Source: an uncultured virus (IMG/VR IMGVR_UViG_3300042868_013265) (Duplodnaviria; Heunggongvirae; Uroviricota; Caudoviricetes). From it: DNA of 64,000 bases. The stretch lies in IMG/VR virus record IMGVR_UViG_3300042868_013265, positions 1 to 64,000 of that record; one strand, given 5' to 3'. A program made the position numbers and the translations under genes. Positions 48,058 to 60,900 of this stretch are shown one piece after another (position 1 is the stretch's first letter; every line of letters starts with the position of its first letter). The notes beneath the pieces are model-generated. The model did not search any database and was not told the origin of the DNA. It saw nothing but the letters and a program-made list of their open reading frames with translations.

Positions 48058-49821
48058 ATGACAAACATAGCAACCCCTTTATTTAGAGTAGAGTATGAAA
48101 AAGACGGCAACAAAATTTTTGTTTACTATCAAAATGAAAAACCAATTGATGTAAGTATATCCGTAGCAGACATCGATTCAAAACACGCGATTTATGCATT
48201 TGACTCTCATTTTAGAGATTATTCAGGCTGTTGGAATGTTCCTGTACCTGTAGCCGCTTTGAATCATTACAATCGGACAGGATACTTTAGGGGATATGAG
48301 GTTTCGATTTACACTTCGGATAGACTTACTCTGTTGGAACAACATACGATTTGGTATAATGAAAACGCTCCAAAATTTGATAGAGTATTATTCCCTACTG
48401 ACCCTTGGAATTTGACTTGGATTAATTACACGGAAATGTTTGTTGAAGACTTCTACAACCCGCTTCAAATGAACATCAATGGAGTTTGTTTGGATATTGG
48501 CGCAAATGATGGTCTATACACAGAATATTTGCTTCGTAATGGAGCAGAACGGGTTTATGCAGTAGAATGTGACCCCCGTAGTATAAAGTTCCTTAACAAG
48601 CGTTTTAATGGCGATAAAAGGGTAGTTGTGGTTGACAAAGGATTATGGAATGCAAACCAAAATGGTGTAAAGTTGGCTTACAAAGAGGACACGAGCACAG
48701 TTTCATCTATCAAGACTGAAGTTCATCACTTTGATGAAAACAATTATTTTTACATTGATACTTGGGATTATGCGACTTTGAAGAGCAAAATGAATATCAG
48801 TAAAGTTGATTTTTTCAAGATTGATATTGAAGGTGCTGAATATGAAGTTTTCGAATCAATGACCGATGATGACATTTGTGAAATTGAAGGTTTTATGGTC
48901 GAGATTCATTGGAATTCAAATGGCCGTATTTATGGTATCACTGATAGACTTGAGAAATTAGGTTATTCAATTGAACTTCGCAGACATACGGTGGACAATG
49001 CCGTAGTAGAGAACCGTGACGAATGGAAAGATTACGACCTATGCACATTCTACGCTTCAAAAAAAAAAGAGCCACGGAAGTTTAGTTTAAGCATCCATCA
49101 TTTGCAAACGAGTCTTTTTACTGATGTTGAAAGGCAAAGTCGTGACAAAATTGATTATTTAATTCATTTGTTGAAGAAAGATTCTCGTTTTAGTGAGGTC
49201 TATTGGAGTCGTCATATCAATACTCCTTGGAAGGAATTACCAACTAAAGAGAATTGTAAAAGACCAAATGCGTTGTCGATGGAAAAATTTCCAAATGGCA
49301 TAAATGAATATGGAGAAACTGCGCTGACACCCGCTCACTATGGCTGCTTTAGAGCATTTAATGATGCTATTCAGATGCATTTCAACAAGGACTATTCAGC
49401 GACGTTGATATTTGAGGGTGACGCGGATATTCGAGATGTGTATTCGTTTATTGAATGCCTATACCTTGCCCTGTGTGAGGCAGACAAAAATGAAATAGAT
49501 TTCATTTCATTTGGAGGAGCGTATCATTTGGAGACAGGCGAATTATTAGCACATCCCGTGGAGAGAATTGATTCCTTAAATTTTGGGTGGATTTCAAAAC
49601 ACGTTCCATTTGCACATTCGATAATTATTCCTCAGAGATACATCAAACAGATGATGCACGCCTTTGCAACTGAGCCTTGGGATGTTGCTGATTTATTTTT
49701 TATGAATCATTTTAATATGCATCCAAACAGGAGACAATTTGTAAGCGAAATTCAACTGAGTCATCAAATTGATGGATATTCATTAATCGATAAAAAAGTC
49801 AAAAATTACTTAATCAAATGA
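48058..49821 (+). CDS. FkbM methyltransferase fused to a GT25-like glycosyltransferase
   Basis: LDIGANDG, KIDIEGAE; HYGCFRA...LIFEGDA. Confidence 0.75.
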   Translation: MTNIATPLFRVEYEKDGNKIFVYYQNEKPIDVSISVADIDSKHAIYAFDSHFRDYSGCWNVPVPVAALNHYNRTGYFRGYEVSIYTSDRLTLLEQHTIWYNENAPKFDRVLFPTDPWNLTWINYTEMFVEDFYNPLQMNINGVCLDIGANDGLYTEYLLRNGAERVYAVECDPRSIKFLNKRFNGDKRVVVVDKGLWNANQNGVKLAYKEDTSTVSSIKTEVHHFDENNYFYIDTWDYATLKSKMNISKVDFFKIDIEGAEYEVFESMTDDDICEIEGFMVEIHWNSNGRIYGITDRLEKLGYSIELRRHTVDNAVVENRDEWKDYDLCTFYASKKKEPRKFSLSIHHLQTSLFTDVERQSRDKIDYLIHLLKKDSRFSEVYWSRHINTPWKELPTKENCKRPNALSMEKFPNGINEYGETALTPAHYGCFRAFNDAIQMHFNKDYSATLIFEGDADIRDVYSFIECLYLALCEADKNEIDFISFGGAYHLETGELLAHPVERIDSLNFGWISKHVPFAHSIIIPQRYIKQMMHAFATEPWDVADLFFMNHFNMHPNRRQFVSEIQLSHQIDGYSLIDKKVKNYLIK

Positions 49822-51968
49822 GAATAGCACATATTCAACCAAGCGTAATTTCAGTCCCCCCTAACGGATGGGGGGCAATTGAAAAAATCATTTGGGAATA
49901 CAAAATGGTTTTGAATCAGTTAGGACACGTCTGCGAAGTAGTCAATTTGCAGGATTTGAAGGCTGAAGAATGGGATATCATCCATTGCCATATGTTTGAC
50001 CAAGCATTATGGTTGGCTGAACAAAAAGTTCCATATTTTTATTCGCACCACGACCATCATTCGATGGTTTGGGGTGAAGAAAGTGCTAATTATCAATTAA
50101 ATCTAAAAGCAATGAGACTTGCTGAGATTGCCTTTGTTCACGCACAAAGTAGTATTGAGATGTTTAAAAATATCCCTTATTATTTGAGTCACGGTGTGAA
50201 TACTGAATTCTTTGATTTTATAAGGCCGAAAAATATTGATGAACCGAATATTATTATTGTCGGGAACAATGGTTTGGCGGGAACTGAGCAAGTCTTTGAC
50301 CGAAAAGGTTTCAGGTATGCAATTGAGGCCGCACGTGAATTAAAATGGACAATTACTATGGTTGGTCCCAAAGCAACCCAAGAACAGTTTCTGAAGGAAA
50401 ATCCCGATTTGCAGTATGAAAAACTAAGGTTGGTTTTTGATGCGGACGAGGAGCGGTTGAAGAAAGAATTACAGAATGCTCATTTAATGATTCACGCTAC
50501 GTTTGTAGAGGCAGGTCATCCACCTTTAACACCTTTGGAAGCAATGTCTTGCGGGGTCCCTGTAATTGGTACACCAATGGGTATTGATGTGCCTCAAATA
50601 ATATGTGAAAGAACTACCGAAAGCGTAGTAGAAGGAATTAAACAATTCGTATTTCAAAGAAATTCATTAATTGCAGAAGCACGCCTAATTGCTGAAAATT
50701 ACGATTGGAAAATTATTGTTGAAAATAATTTATTGAAATGGTATTTTCAGGTCTTGGACCGAAACAATATGGCTAATACGGCCCGTAGAATTTACCATCA
50801 ATCGACCATAAATAAAGTGCAAGACACTATGATGTTCAAGTACTTAGATGGTGCGAGAGTGGATTTGGTTGGTAGTAGCGATAAAACGTATAAGGCCGAA
50901 CTTTCGGTTCGGGATGAGCACTTAGGAATTATTTTCAGTGCAGATTTAAAATGCGGTATGTATGCTCAGGGTGCAATGAAATATCATAGATATTGGGAAT
51001 GGAAAATTACGGATGAAAAAGGGAACGAATTTTTACATCCATATGATGCGACGGACAAACGTGTTTATGTGGCGATTGAAAGTTCAAGTTTAGGAGACTC
51101 TTTGGCTTGGGTCCCAATAGTTGATGAGTTTAGAAAGGTGCACAATTGCAAAATGATTATCAGCACTTTTTGGAACGATATGTTCAGGGATGCATACCCT
51201 GAAATGGAATTTATCAGGGCGGGAACACCCGTTAATAATATTTATGCAATGTACAGGATTGGTTGGTATTACGAGAACGACGGTTTAGAGGTACATTATG
51301 GACATCACTCACGCGATTTCCGCAAATTTTCTTTGCAAGGTACAGCCTGTGATATTTTAGGTCTTCCTGACATCGAAATAAAACCAAAATTAAAGGAAAT
51401 TGAAGGGCAAAAAAATGATAAAAAATATGTAGTTATTGCACCTCACGCTTCGAGCCATTGTAAATATTGGCACAACGAAGAAGGATGGTCTAAAGTTGTC
51501 GAATTTTTAAACGAGTTAGGTTATGAGGTTTGGAACATCTCAAAGGAGTCTGCATCAAGCGATTGGGAGAATTCTAAGTTGCCAAAAAATGCATTAAAAA
51601 ACGTAATTGATAAGACGGGAGACATACATATAGACGAAAGGATTTCTCAAATAAAATCCTCATCTTTGTTTATTGGATTAGGAAGCGGACTTTCTTGGTT
51701 GGCTTGGGCCTGTGATACACCTGTTGTTCTGATAAGTGGTTTCTCACGGCCTATAAGCGAATTTAGTGATTGCACCCGCGTTTTTAATCAAAATGTGTGT
51801 AATGGATGCTTTAACGATTACAGGCTTGACGCGGGTAATTGGAATTGGTGCCCTAAATATGAAAATACTGACAAAATGTATGAATGCAGTAAGTCAATTA
51901 CACCTGAACAGGTAATTGACGCAATTAGGAAAACACTAAACAAGCACCAAACAGCACCCGATGGCTAA
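49818..51968 (+). CDS. GT4 domain fused to a TibC/Aah-like protein O-glycosyltransferase domain
   Basis: PPNGWGAIE, EAGHPPLTPLEAM; then SSLGDSLAW, IGLGSGLSWLAWA, CNGC...WCP...EC. Confidence 0.8.
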   Translation: MRIAHIQPSVISVPPNGWGAIEKIIWEYKMVLNQLGHVCEVVNLQDLKAEEWDIIHCHMFDQALWLAEQKVPYFYSHHDHHSMVWGEESANYQLNLKAMRLAEIAFVHAQSSIEMFKNIPYYLSHGVNTEFFDFIRPKNIDEPNIIIVGNNGLAGTEQVFDRKGFRYAIEAARELKWTITMVGPKATQEQFLKENPDLQYEKLRLVFDADEERLKKELQNAHLMIHATFVEAGHPPLTPLEAMSCGVPVIGTPMGIDVPQIICERTTESVVEGIKQFVFQRNSLIAEARLIAENYDWKIIVENNLLKWYFQVLDRNNMANTARRIYHQSTINKVQDTMMFKYLDGARVDLVGSSDKTYKAELSVRDEHLGIIFSADLKCGMYAQGAMKYHRYWEWKITDEKGNEFLHPYDATDKRVYVAIESSSLGDSLAWVPIVDEFRKVHNCKMIISTFWNDMFRDAYPEMEFIRAGTPVNNIYAMYRIGWYYENDGLEVHYGHHSRDFRKFSLQGTACDILGLPDIEIKPKLKEIEGQKNDKKYVVIAPHASSHCKYWHNEEGWSKVVEFLNELGYEVWNISKESASSDWENSKLPKNALKNVIDKTGDIHIDERISQIKSSSLFIGLGSGLSWLAWACDTPVVLISGFSRPISEFSDCTRVFNQNVCNGCFNDYRLDAGNWNWCPKYENTDKMYECSKSITPEQVIDAIRKTLNKHQTAPDG

Positions 51969-54900
51969 AAACATTTTAATAACACCCTATAGGAATTCCA
52001 CGAATCCTTTAGAGTTGCCGAAAATAGACTTTATTAATGGCTCGACTGCCATTACACTTCAAGTTGAAGAAACCTCACAGTCGTTAACTTTTGTTGGTTC
52101 TGCAGGCACACTGTTGCAAATCAATAATGATTTAACAGGCACGACAATATCAACCAAAAACATTGCAATTACAGGTGTAATTAAAAACACAGGTATAACC
52201 TCGAATTCGGGGCTCAATGATTTTGTGGTAGTTGATATTGCTACGGGTCAGTTTTATTACCGTAGTGCACCAACGGGCACTTCAGGTAGTTCAGGTCAAA
52301 GTGGAACAAGCGGAACCTCGGGAGCAAACGGCTCTTCGGGCACCTCGGGAGCAAGCGGTTCAAGTGGTACTTCAGGAGCAAATGGCTCATCAGGTACTTC
52401 GGGAGCAAACGGCTCAAGTGGTACTTCAGGAGTGAACGGTACATCGGGAACATCGGCATCAAGTGGTACATCAGGAGCAAATGGCTCTTCGGGTACTTCA
52501 GGTGATTCAGGTAGTTCAGGTACGTCAGGAGCAAATGGCTCATCAGGCACTTCGGGAGCAAACGGTTCATCGGGAACATCGGGCGCAAACGGCTCAAGTG
52601 GAACATCGGGTAACTCGGGTTCATCGGGAACATCGGGTGCAAATGGTTCATCAGGTACGTCAGGTGAAAGTGGTTCTTCAGGTACTTCAGGGTCGAATGG
52701 TTCATCAGGAACTTCGGGTTCAAGCGGAACTTCAGGGAACTCAGGCTCTTCAGGTACGTCGGGTGACTCAGGTTCTTCGGGTACTTCAGGTGCTAACGGC
52801 ACTTCAGGAACTTCGGGTGAAAGTGGCTCAAGTGGAACATCGGGTAATTCAGGTTCGTCAGGAACATCGGGTAACTCAGGTTCATCAGGCACATCAGGAG
52901 CAAACGGTTCTTCGGGAACATCAGGTGCAAGTGGTGCAGAAATTACAGATGGTTGGGATTGGGGAACTCCTGTTAACAGTACGAAAATGTATTCAAGTAA
53001 TGGAAACTTGGATTCATCAACTGTATTATTAAATATTTCGGAAACCTCTTTATCATTGACCGATTATGCAAGTCAATTTGCATTGATGGGAGTTGGGTCT
53101 CGAATCACTACAAGAGGGGGCCTTTTTGCGGCAAATGTTACAAATTGGGAAGTTACCTCAGTTACAGATGCGGGAACGTATTACGAATTCGGAGTTGTAT
53201 ATCTTTCAGGTACACAATGGACTCCAACTTCAGGAGATGATATTTTATGTGATTTTGCAATTGCAGGTAAATCGGGTTCAAGTGGAACAGCGGGTACCTC
53301 AGGGCAAAATGGCTCTTCGGGTACTTCAGGAGCGAATGGTACATCAGGTACTGCAGGAACAACGGGTTCATCAGGTACTTCAGGTGCAGGTGTAGCAAAC
53401 TATTATGCTCAATATAGCAGTAGCCAATCACAACCATTATTGGCTGTAAATACACCTCAGGTAGTTACTTATGACACGGTTGAAATTGAAAATGGTATTT
53501 CGTTTTCAGGTGGACAAATCACTGTTCAATACTCGGGTATTTACGAATTTACTTTTTCTCCTCAAGTAGAAAAAACGCAAGGTGGTACAGCAGTAAACGT
53601 CGACTTTTTTATAAGGAAAAATGGCTTTGATGTTATTCGAACGGATTCAATACTCGGATTAGTATCTAATAGTTCGACACAACTTCCGTTTGTTGCATTG
53701 ACGTTGGAATTATTGCAAAATGATTTTATTGAATTATTATTTGCATCAACCACCACCTTTGTACAGTTAACTGCGGTTGGCGCAAAGACAACACCATTTA
53801 TTGCGCCCGCAGCACCATCAATTATTGTTTCATTGAAAAATATTGGTGTAGCCGCAGTTGCATATACATCAACATCAGGTACTTCGGGTCAAAGTGGTAC
53901 TGCGGGAGTTTCGGGGTCTTCAGGAACATCAGGTTCTACAGGTTCAAGCGGAACGTCAGGAGAAAGCGGCACAAGTGGTACATCAGGTTCTACAGGTTCA
54001 AGTGGTACATCGGGAGAAAATGGTTCAAGTGGAACTTCGGGTTCTACAGGTTCAAGCGGTACATCGGGAGAATCAGGTTCAAGCGGAACTTCAGGAGAAA
54101 ACGGTTCAAGCGGAACTTCGGGTTCTGCAGGTTCAAGTGGAACATCAGGTTCTACAGGTTCAAGCGGAACTTCAGGAGAAAGCGGCTCAAGCGGTACATC
54201 AGGGTCTTCAGGAACATCGGCATCAAGTGGCACATCAGGTTCTACAGGTTCGAGCGGTACATCGGGTTCTGCAGGTTCAAGTGGAACTTCAGGTTCTACA
54301 GGTTCATCAGGAACTTCAGGAGAAAGCGGCTCAAGTGGAACTTCAGGTTCTACAGGTTCATCAGGAACTTCAGGAGAAAGCGGCTCAAGCGGTACATCAG
54401 GTGAAAGTGGTTCAAGCGGTACATCAGGTGATAGCGGTTCAAGCGGAACTTCAGGAGAAAGCGGTTCAAGCGGAACTTCAGGAGAAAGCGGTTCAAGTGG
54501 AACTTCAGGAGAATCAGGTTCAAGTGGAACTTCAGGTACATCGGCATCGAGTGGAACGTCAGGTTCTACAGGTAGTTCGGGCACTTCGGGAGAAAATGGT
54601 TCAAGTGGAACGTCAGGTTCTACAGGGACTTCGGGTTCTTCAGGAAGTTCAGGTACTTCAGGAGAAAATGGCTCATCAGGTACAAGCGGTGAATCAGGAA
54701 CCTCGGGAACTTCAGGTTCGAGCGGTAGTACGGGTACATCAGGTTCTGCGGGCACAAGTGGCAGCACAGGAACCTCAGGTTCTACAGGTTCATCAGGAAC
54801 AAGCGGTTCTTCAGGTACTTCGGGCGAAAATGGCTCAAGCGGTACTTCAGGTTCAGCGGGCTCAAGCGGCACTTCGGGCGAAAATGGCTCAAGTGGTACG

Positions 54901-57900
54901 TCAGGTTCATCAGGGACTTCGGGTTCTACAGGGACAAGCGGTGAATCAGGAACGTCGGGAACTGCGGGTTCAAGCGGTAGTACAGGTACATCAGGTTCTG
55001 CGGGCACAAGTGGTAGCACAGGTACTTCGGGTTCTGCGGGTTCAAGCGGAACAAGCGGCTCTTCAGGCACTTCGGGCGAAAATGGCTCAAGCGGTACTTC
55101 AGGTTCAACGGGCTCAAGCGGAACAAGCGGTAGCACAGGAACTTCAGGTTCTACGGGTACAAGTGGTTCAAGCGGTAGCACAGGCTCAAGTGGGTCTTCG
55201 GGCGAATCAGGAACTTCAGGTTCTACGGGCACTTCGGGTTCTACAGGTTCTTCAGGAACAAGTGGTGAATCAGGAACATCAGGCACTACGGGTTCAAGCG
55301 GTTCGACAGGTTCTTCAGGAACGTCGGGCTCAAGTGGTACATCGGCATCAAGTGGAACGAGCGGCTCATCAGGTATAAATGGTTCTTCAGGAACTTCAGG
55401 AAGCACAGGTACTTCGGGTTCTGCAGGAACTTCAGGTGCAAATGGCTCTTCAGGAACAAGCGGAAGCGCAGGTTCAAGTGGAACAAGTGGTTCTACGGGT
55501 TCTTCAGGCACTTCGGGTAGTTCAGGAACGTCCGCATCAAGCGGTTCAAGTGGTTCAAGCGGCTCTACGGGGTCAAGCGGAACTTCAGGTTCATCAGGAA
55601 CTTCAGGCGCAAATGGCTCTTCAGGAACAAGCGGAAGTGCGGGTTCAAGTGGAACAAGCGGTTCAACAGGTTCTTCAGGGACATCAGGTTCAAGTGGTAC
55701 ATCCGCATCAAGCGGCTCAAGCGGTTCAACAGGTTCTTCAGGAACATCAGGAAGCGCAGGCTCATCAGGAACTTCAGGCGCGAATGGTTCTTCAGGAACA
55801 AGCGGTTCATCAGCAACATCGGGTTCAGCAGGTTCAAGTGGTTCTGCGGGTACTTCAGGTAGTTCAGCAACATCAGGTTCTTCAGGGTCTTCAGGCACTT
55901 CAGGTAGTTCAGGTACCTCAGGGGCTAACGGTTCATCGGGAACAAGTGGCTCATCAGGAACGAGTGGTTCTACAGGTTCAAGCGGCACATCGGGTGCCAA
56001 TGGTTCATCGGGAACATCGGGTTCTTCAGGAACAAGCGGTTCTGCGGGTTCAAGTGGCTCTACAGGCTCATCGGGAACATCAGGCTCTTCAGGAACAAGT
56101 GGTTCTGCGGGGTCAAGTGGCTCTACGGGCTCTTCGGGAACAAGCGGCTCTTCGGGTTCAAGTGGAACATCAGGTGCAAATGGTTCGAGCGGAACTGCAG
56201 GTTCAAGTGGTACATCAGGTTCTTCAGGAACAAGCGGAAGCGCGGGTTCAAGTGGAACATCAGGTGCAAATGGCTCTTCAGGTACTGCAGGTTCGTCAGG
56301 AACAAGCGGAAGCGCAGGCTCAAGTGGTTCTGCAGGTACGTCGGGAGCAAATGGCTCTTCAGGGACTTCGGGTAGTTCAGGTTCAAGTGGCTCCACAGGT
56401 TCAAGTGGAACATCGGGAAGTTCAGGTTCTACAGGAACTTCAGGGTCTTCAGGAACATCGGCATCAAGTGGAACTTCAGGTTCTTCAGGAAGTGCAGGAA
56501 CGTCAGGAGCAAATGGTTCTTCAGGAACATCAGGGTCAAGCGGTAGTTCGGGTTCAACAGGTTCGTCAGGAACATCGGGTGCAAATGGCTCATCGGGAAC
56601 AAGTGGTTCTGCGGGTTCAAGTGGCTCTACAGGTTCTTCAGGAACATCAGGGTCTTCAGGAACTTCAGGTTCTACAGGTTCAAGCGGTTCTGCAGGTACA
56701 TCAGGTAGTTCGGCAACTTCAGGCTCTTCAGGTTCTTCAGGAACAAGCGGAAGTGCAGGAACATCAGGTGCAAATGGCTCTTCAGGGACTTCGGGTTCAT
56801 CAGGAACAAGCGGAAGCACGGGTTCAAGCGGTTCTGCGGGTACATCAGGTGCAAACGGCTCTTCGGGCACTTCAGGCTCCACAGGTTCAAGCGGAACTTC
56901 AGGTTCTGCAGGTTCAAGTGGTTCTACAGGCTCTTCAGGAACATCGGGTTCTACAGGTTCAAGTGGTTCAACGGGCTCTTCAGGGACTTCGGGTTCATCA
57001 GGAACAAGCGGAAGCGCGGGTTCAAGCGGTTCTGCGGGCACTTCAGGTGCCAACGGCTCTTCAGGAACTTCAGGCTCTTCAGGTACAAGCGGAAACGCAG
57101 GCTCTTCAGGTACATCAGGTTCATCAGGCTCAAGTGGTTCTGCAGGGACAAGCGGTTCTACAGGTTCATCAGGAACAAGTGGCTCTGCAGGTTCAAGTGG
57201 AACATCAGGTTCAGCGGGTTCAAGTGGTTCAACAGGTTCCTCAGGTACTTCAGGCGCAAATGGCTCTTCAGGTACTTCAGGCTCTTCAGGAACTTCGGGA
57301 AGCACAGGTTCAAGTGGCTCTTCAGGGTCTACAGGCTCATCAGGAACTTCAGGTTCATCAGGAACGAGTGGTTCTACGGGTTCAAGCGGTTCTACAGGTT
57401 CTTCAGGAACAAGCGGTAGCGCAGGTTCATCGGGAACATCGGGCGCAAATGGTTCGAGCGGAACATCGGGCTCATCAGGAACTTCAGGGTCTACAGGTTC
57501 TTCAGGAACTGCAGGCTCATCAGGTACTTCAGGAACAAGAGGTTCTTCAGGTACAAGCGGAAGTACGGGTTCAAGTGGTTCTACAGGTTCTTCAGGTACT
57601 TCAGGCTCAAGCGGCACAAGTGGAAGCGCAGGCTCTTCGGGCTCTGCAGGTACTTCAGGTGCAAACGGGTCATCAGGAACGTCAGGTTCAAGCGGTACAA
57701 GTGGTAGCACGGGCTCAAGTGGTTCTTCAGGTTCTACAGGCACTTCAGGAACGGCAGGCTCTTCAGGAACAAGTGGAAGCGCGGGTTCAAGCGGTTCAAC
57801 AGGTTCTTCAGGGTCAAGCGGAACAGCAGGCTCGTCAGGAACATCAGGAGCGAATGGGTCCTCAGGCACTTCAGGTTCAAGTGGTTCTTCAGGTTCAACA

Positions 57901-60900
57901 GGTTCTTCGGGAACATCAGGGTCTTCAGGAACAAGCGGAAGCGCAGGTTCAAGCGGTTCTACAGGTTCTTCGGGCTCAAGTGGTACTGCAGGTTCTTCAG
58001 GAACATCGGCATCAAGTGGTAGCGCAGGAACTTCAGGTTCATCAGGAACTTCGGGTGCAAACGGTTCAAGCGGAACGAGCGGAAGCGCAGGTTCATCAGG
58101 AACCTCGGGCTCTTCAGGTTCTGCAGGAACTTCAGGTATAAATGGTTCTTCAGGAACATCGGGGTCTTCAGGGACATCGGGTTCTTCAGGTTCAAGTGGT
58201 TCAACAGGCTCAAGTGGAACAAGCGGTAGCGCGGGTTCAAGCGGTTCTACAGGTTCATCGGGCTCAAGCGGAACTGCGGGTTCATCAGGAACTTCAGGCG
58301 CAAATGGTTCTTCAGGAACGAGCGGAAGCGCAGGTTCATCAGGAACATCAGGTTCAAGCGGAACATCAGGAACTGCAGGTTCAAGCGGAACGTCGGGTAC
58401 AAGAGGTTCAAGTGGAACGAGTGGCAGCACAGGTTCAAGCGGTTCTACGGGTTCTTCAGGCACCTCAGGTTCTTCAGGAACTTCAGGAGCAAACGGTTCA
58501 TCAGGGACTTCAGGTTCAAGCGGAACAAGTGGTTCTGCGGGCTCTTCAGGCACTTCGGGTTCAAGCGGAACAAGCGGTAGCACAGGGTCAAGTGGGTCAA
58601 CAGGTTCAAGTGGCACAAGCGGTAGCGCAGGTTCTTCAGGAACATCAGGTTCTGCAGGTTCCTCAGGTACTTCAGGCGCAAATGGTTCAAGCGGAACAAG
58701 CGGAAGCGCAGGTTCTTCGGGTTCTACGGGCTCATCAGGTACCTCAGGTTCAAGCGGAACAAGCGGTAGCGCAGGCTCAAGCGGTTCTACAGGTTCAAGT
58801 GGAACATCAGGCTCGGCAGGTTCAAGTGGCTCAACAGGTTCATCAGGTTCTTCAGGAACTGCAGGCTCTTCAGGAACATCAGGAGCAAACGGCTCAAGTG
58901 GCACATCGGGCTCTTCAGGAAGCGCGGGCTCTTCGGGTTCTACAGGAAGTTCAGGAACCTCAGGTTCAAGTGGAACGAGCGGTAGCACAGGTTCTTCGGG
59001 TTCTACGGGCTCTTCAGGCACATCAGGCTCAAGCGGAACATCCGCGTCAAGTGGTTCTTCGGGTACATCGGGTTCCGCAGGTTCTTCAGGAACTTCGGGA
59101 GCAAATGGCTCTTCAGGAACTTCGGGCTCTGCAGGAAGTGCGGGCTCAAGCGGTTCAACAGGCTCTTCAGGCACATCAGGCTCAAGCGGAACATCAGGAA
59201 GTACGGGTTCAAGTGGCTCTACGGGTTCGTCAGGAACTTCGGGTTCTTCAGCAACATCAGGCTCTGCGGGTTCTTCGGGAACAGCAGGCTCGTCAGGTTC
59301 TTCGGGAACTTCGGGCGCAAACGGCTCAAGTGGTACTTCAGGTTCTGCAGGTTCTACAGGCTCAAGTGGTACTTCGGGCTCCTCAGGAACTTCGGGCACA
59401 GCGGGTTCAAGTGGTACTTCGGGCACAGCGGGTTCAAGTGGTACTTCAGGCACAAGGGGTTCGAGCGGTACTTCAGGAAGTACAGGCTCAAGCGGTTCTA
59501 CGGGTTCATCAGGAACGAGTGGTTCTTCAGGCACCTCGGGTGCAAACGGTTCAAGCGGAACTTCGGGTTCTTCAGGTAGTGCGGGGTCAAGTGGCTCTAC
59601 AGGCTCATCAGGAACTTCAGGTTCAAGCGGTACAAGTGGTAGTACAGGTTCTTCAGGCTCTACGGGTTCTTCAGGGACATCAGGTTCATCAGCAACTTCG
59701 GGCTCTGCAGGTTCGTCAGGGACTTCAGGAAGTGCGGGTTCATCAGGTACTTCGGGGGCAAATGGGTCGAGCGGAACAAGCGGTAGCGCAGGTTCTTCGG
59801 GTTCTACAGGTTCATCAGGAACCTCAGGTTCAAGCGGAACAAGCGGAAGTGCAGGCTCAAGCGGTTCAACGGGTTCAAGCGGAACATCAGGCTCTGCAGG
59901 TTCAAGTGGAACGAGCGGTTCTGCAGGTTCTTCAGGAAGTGCGGGCTCATCAGGTACATCAGGTGCAAATGGTTCAAGCGGAACAAGCGGAAGCGCGGGT
60001 TCTTCAGGAAGCACAGGTTCATCAGGAACATCGGGTTCTTCAGGAACAAGCGGTAGCACGGGTTCTTCGGGGTCTACAGGCTCAAGCGGAACAAGCGGTA
60101 GCGCAGGTTCTTCAGGAACATCGGCATCAAGTGGAAGTTCAGGAAGCGCAGGTACATCAGGAAGTTCAGGAACATCGGGGGCCAACGGCTCAAGCGGTAC
60201 TTCAGGTTCTGCAGGTAGTGCGGGCTCAAGTGGTTCTACAGGGTCAAGTGGTACTTCGGGTTCATCAGGAACAAGTGGTAGCACGGGTTCAAGTGGTTCT
60301 ACAGGCTCATCAGGAACTTCAGGTTCGAGTGGAACAAGTGGTAGTGCAGGTTCAAGCGGAACTTCAGGTTCTTCGGGAACTTCGGGCACAGCGGGGTCAA
60401 GCGGTACTTCAGGAACAAGAGGTTCGTCAGGAACTTCAGGTTCGACAGGTTCATCAGGTTCTACGGGCTCATCAGGTTCTACAGGAACTTCAGGCTCAAG
60501 CGGTTCGTCAGGAACTTCAGGAGCAAACGGTTCAAGTGGTACAAGCGGTAGTGCGGGCTCATCAGGTTCTACAGGTTCTTCAGGCACATCAGGCTCAAGC
60601 GGTACATCAGGAAGCGCGGGTTCAAGCGGCTCTACGGGGTCATCAGGAACATCAGGTTCTTCAGCAACTTCGGGTTCTGCAGGTTCATCAGGAACTGCAG
60701 GCTCTTCAGGTTCTTCGGGAACTTCAGGTGCAAATGGCTCAAGCGGTTCAAGCGGAACAAGTGGTAGTTCAGGTTCATCAGGCTCTACAGGTTCTTCAGG
60801 AACATCAGGTTCAAGCGGAACAAGCGGAAGCGCGGGTTCTTCGGGTTCAACGGGTTCAAGCGGTACAAGCGGCTCTTCAGGAACATCGGCATCAAGCGGA

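Noticed and set aside
14040..50371. Numerous 60-135-aa minus-strand ORFs in the ORF track
   Set aside because: They overlap longer, motif-bearing + strand genes and are shadow ORFs
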